Source: the human T2T-CHM13v2.0 reference genome, Homo sapiens. Taken from it: a stretch of 64,000 nucleotides of DNA. Positions 63,440 through 64,000 of the stretch are shown piece after piece. The position numbers and the translations under genes are program-made. The notes under the pieces are model-generated. The model was not told the DNA's origin, did not search any database, and was given only the letters and a program-made list of their open reading frames with translations. Position 1 is the first letter of the stretch, and each line of letters opens with the position of its first letter. The stretch lies in NCBI RefSeq assembly GCF_009914755.1, contig NC_060925.1; one strand, written 5' to 3'.

Positions 63440-63685
63440 CATAGAACAGTATGATGAAGCCAACACTAGTAAAGTTTTAAGTGACTCAAACCAATGCCAT
63501 TTTTTATTGTTACCTTTCAAACTACTTCACTTTCTTAGCCTTTCACAAGATTATAACATCCTTCAGCTCAATTTTTTGGATAGTTTTAATGATTTATTAT
63601 TCTGTTAGTACAAAACTGTTATTTCTACATTTTCTGGAGGAAAAAAAATCAAAGTCTAGAATACTGCAAAAGAAGTTCCAGAGAG
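63440..63685 (+). other. Second PYHIN-type non-coding first-exon homolog
   Basis: Homologous to 23775-24049; TGACTCA at 63482-63488; donor GAG|GTGACA at 63686. Confidence 0.6.
63482..63488. promoter_or_regulatory. Consensus AP-1 motif TGACTCA within the first-exon-like block
   Basis: Exact motif. The paralogous position at 23818-23824 reads TGAGCCA. Function is not shown. Confidence 0.45.
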
Positions 63686-63733
63686 GTGACACCTGTGGGG
63701 ATTTGCATAAAAATTTGGGAACTCCTTTGTTAA

Positions 63734-64000
<267 letters not shown>

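Overview
Primate (human-like) genomic DNA from the PYHIN/HIN-200 (AIM2-like receptor) cluster. Positions 3203-10553 (+) hold the six coding exons of MNDA, which splice to the complete 407-aa protein (pyrin domain, S/T-rich linker, one HIN-200 domain). Its non-coding first exon lies upstream of the window. Positions ~23.6-54.1 kb (+) hold a large unprocessed PYHIN pseudogene, probably PYHIN5P. Its parts are a first-exon-like block at ~23.8-24.05 kb, PYD and linker exons that resemble PYHIN1/IFI16, a HIN domain destroyed by two deletions and a nonsense codon, and an MNDA-like terminal exon. Its PYD exon is still an open 88-codon pyrin-only frame, kept open by compensating indels. A second first-exon-like block with an intact AP-1 motif sits at ~63.4-63.7 kb. 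The rest is transposon-derived: two near-full-length L1PA elements (one with an intact antisense ORF0), older L1s, Alus, solo LTRs (THE1, MER41A, MLT2, MER57, MER9, LTR27-like) and DNA transposon relics. Repeat subfamily names and paralog comparisons outside the window rest on recalled consensus sequences and need alignment to confirm.
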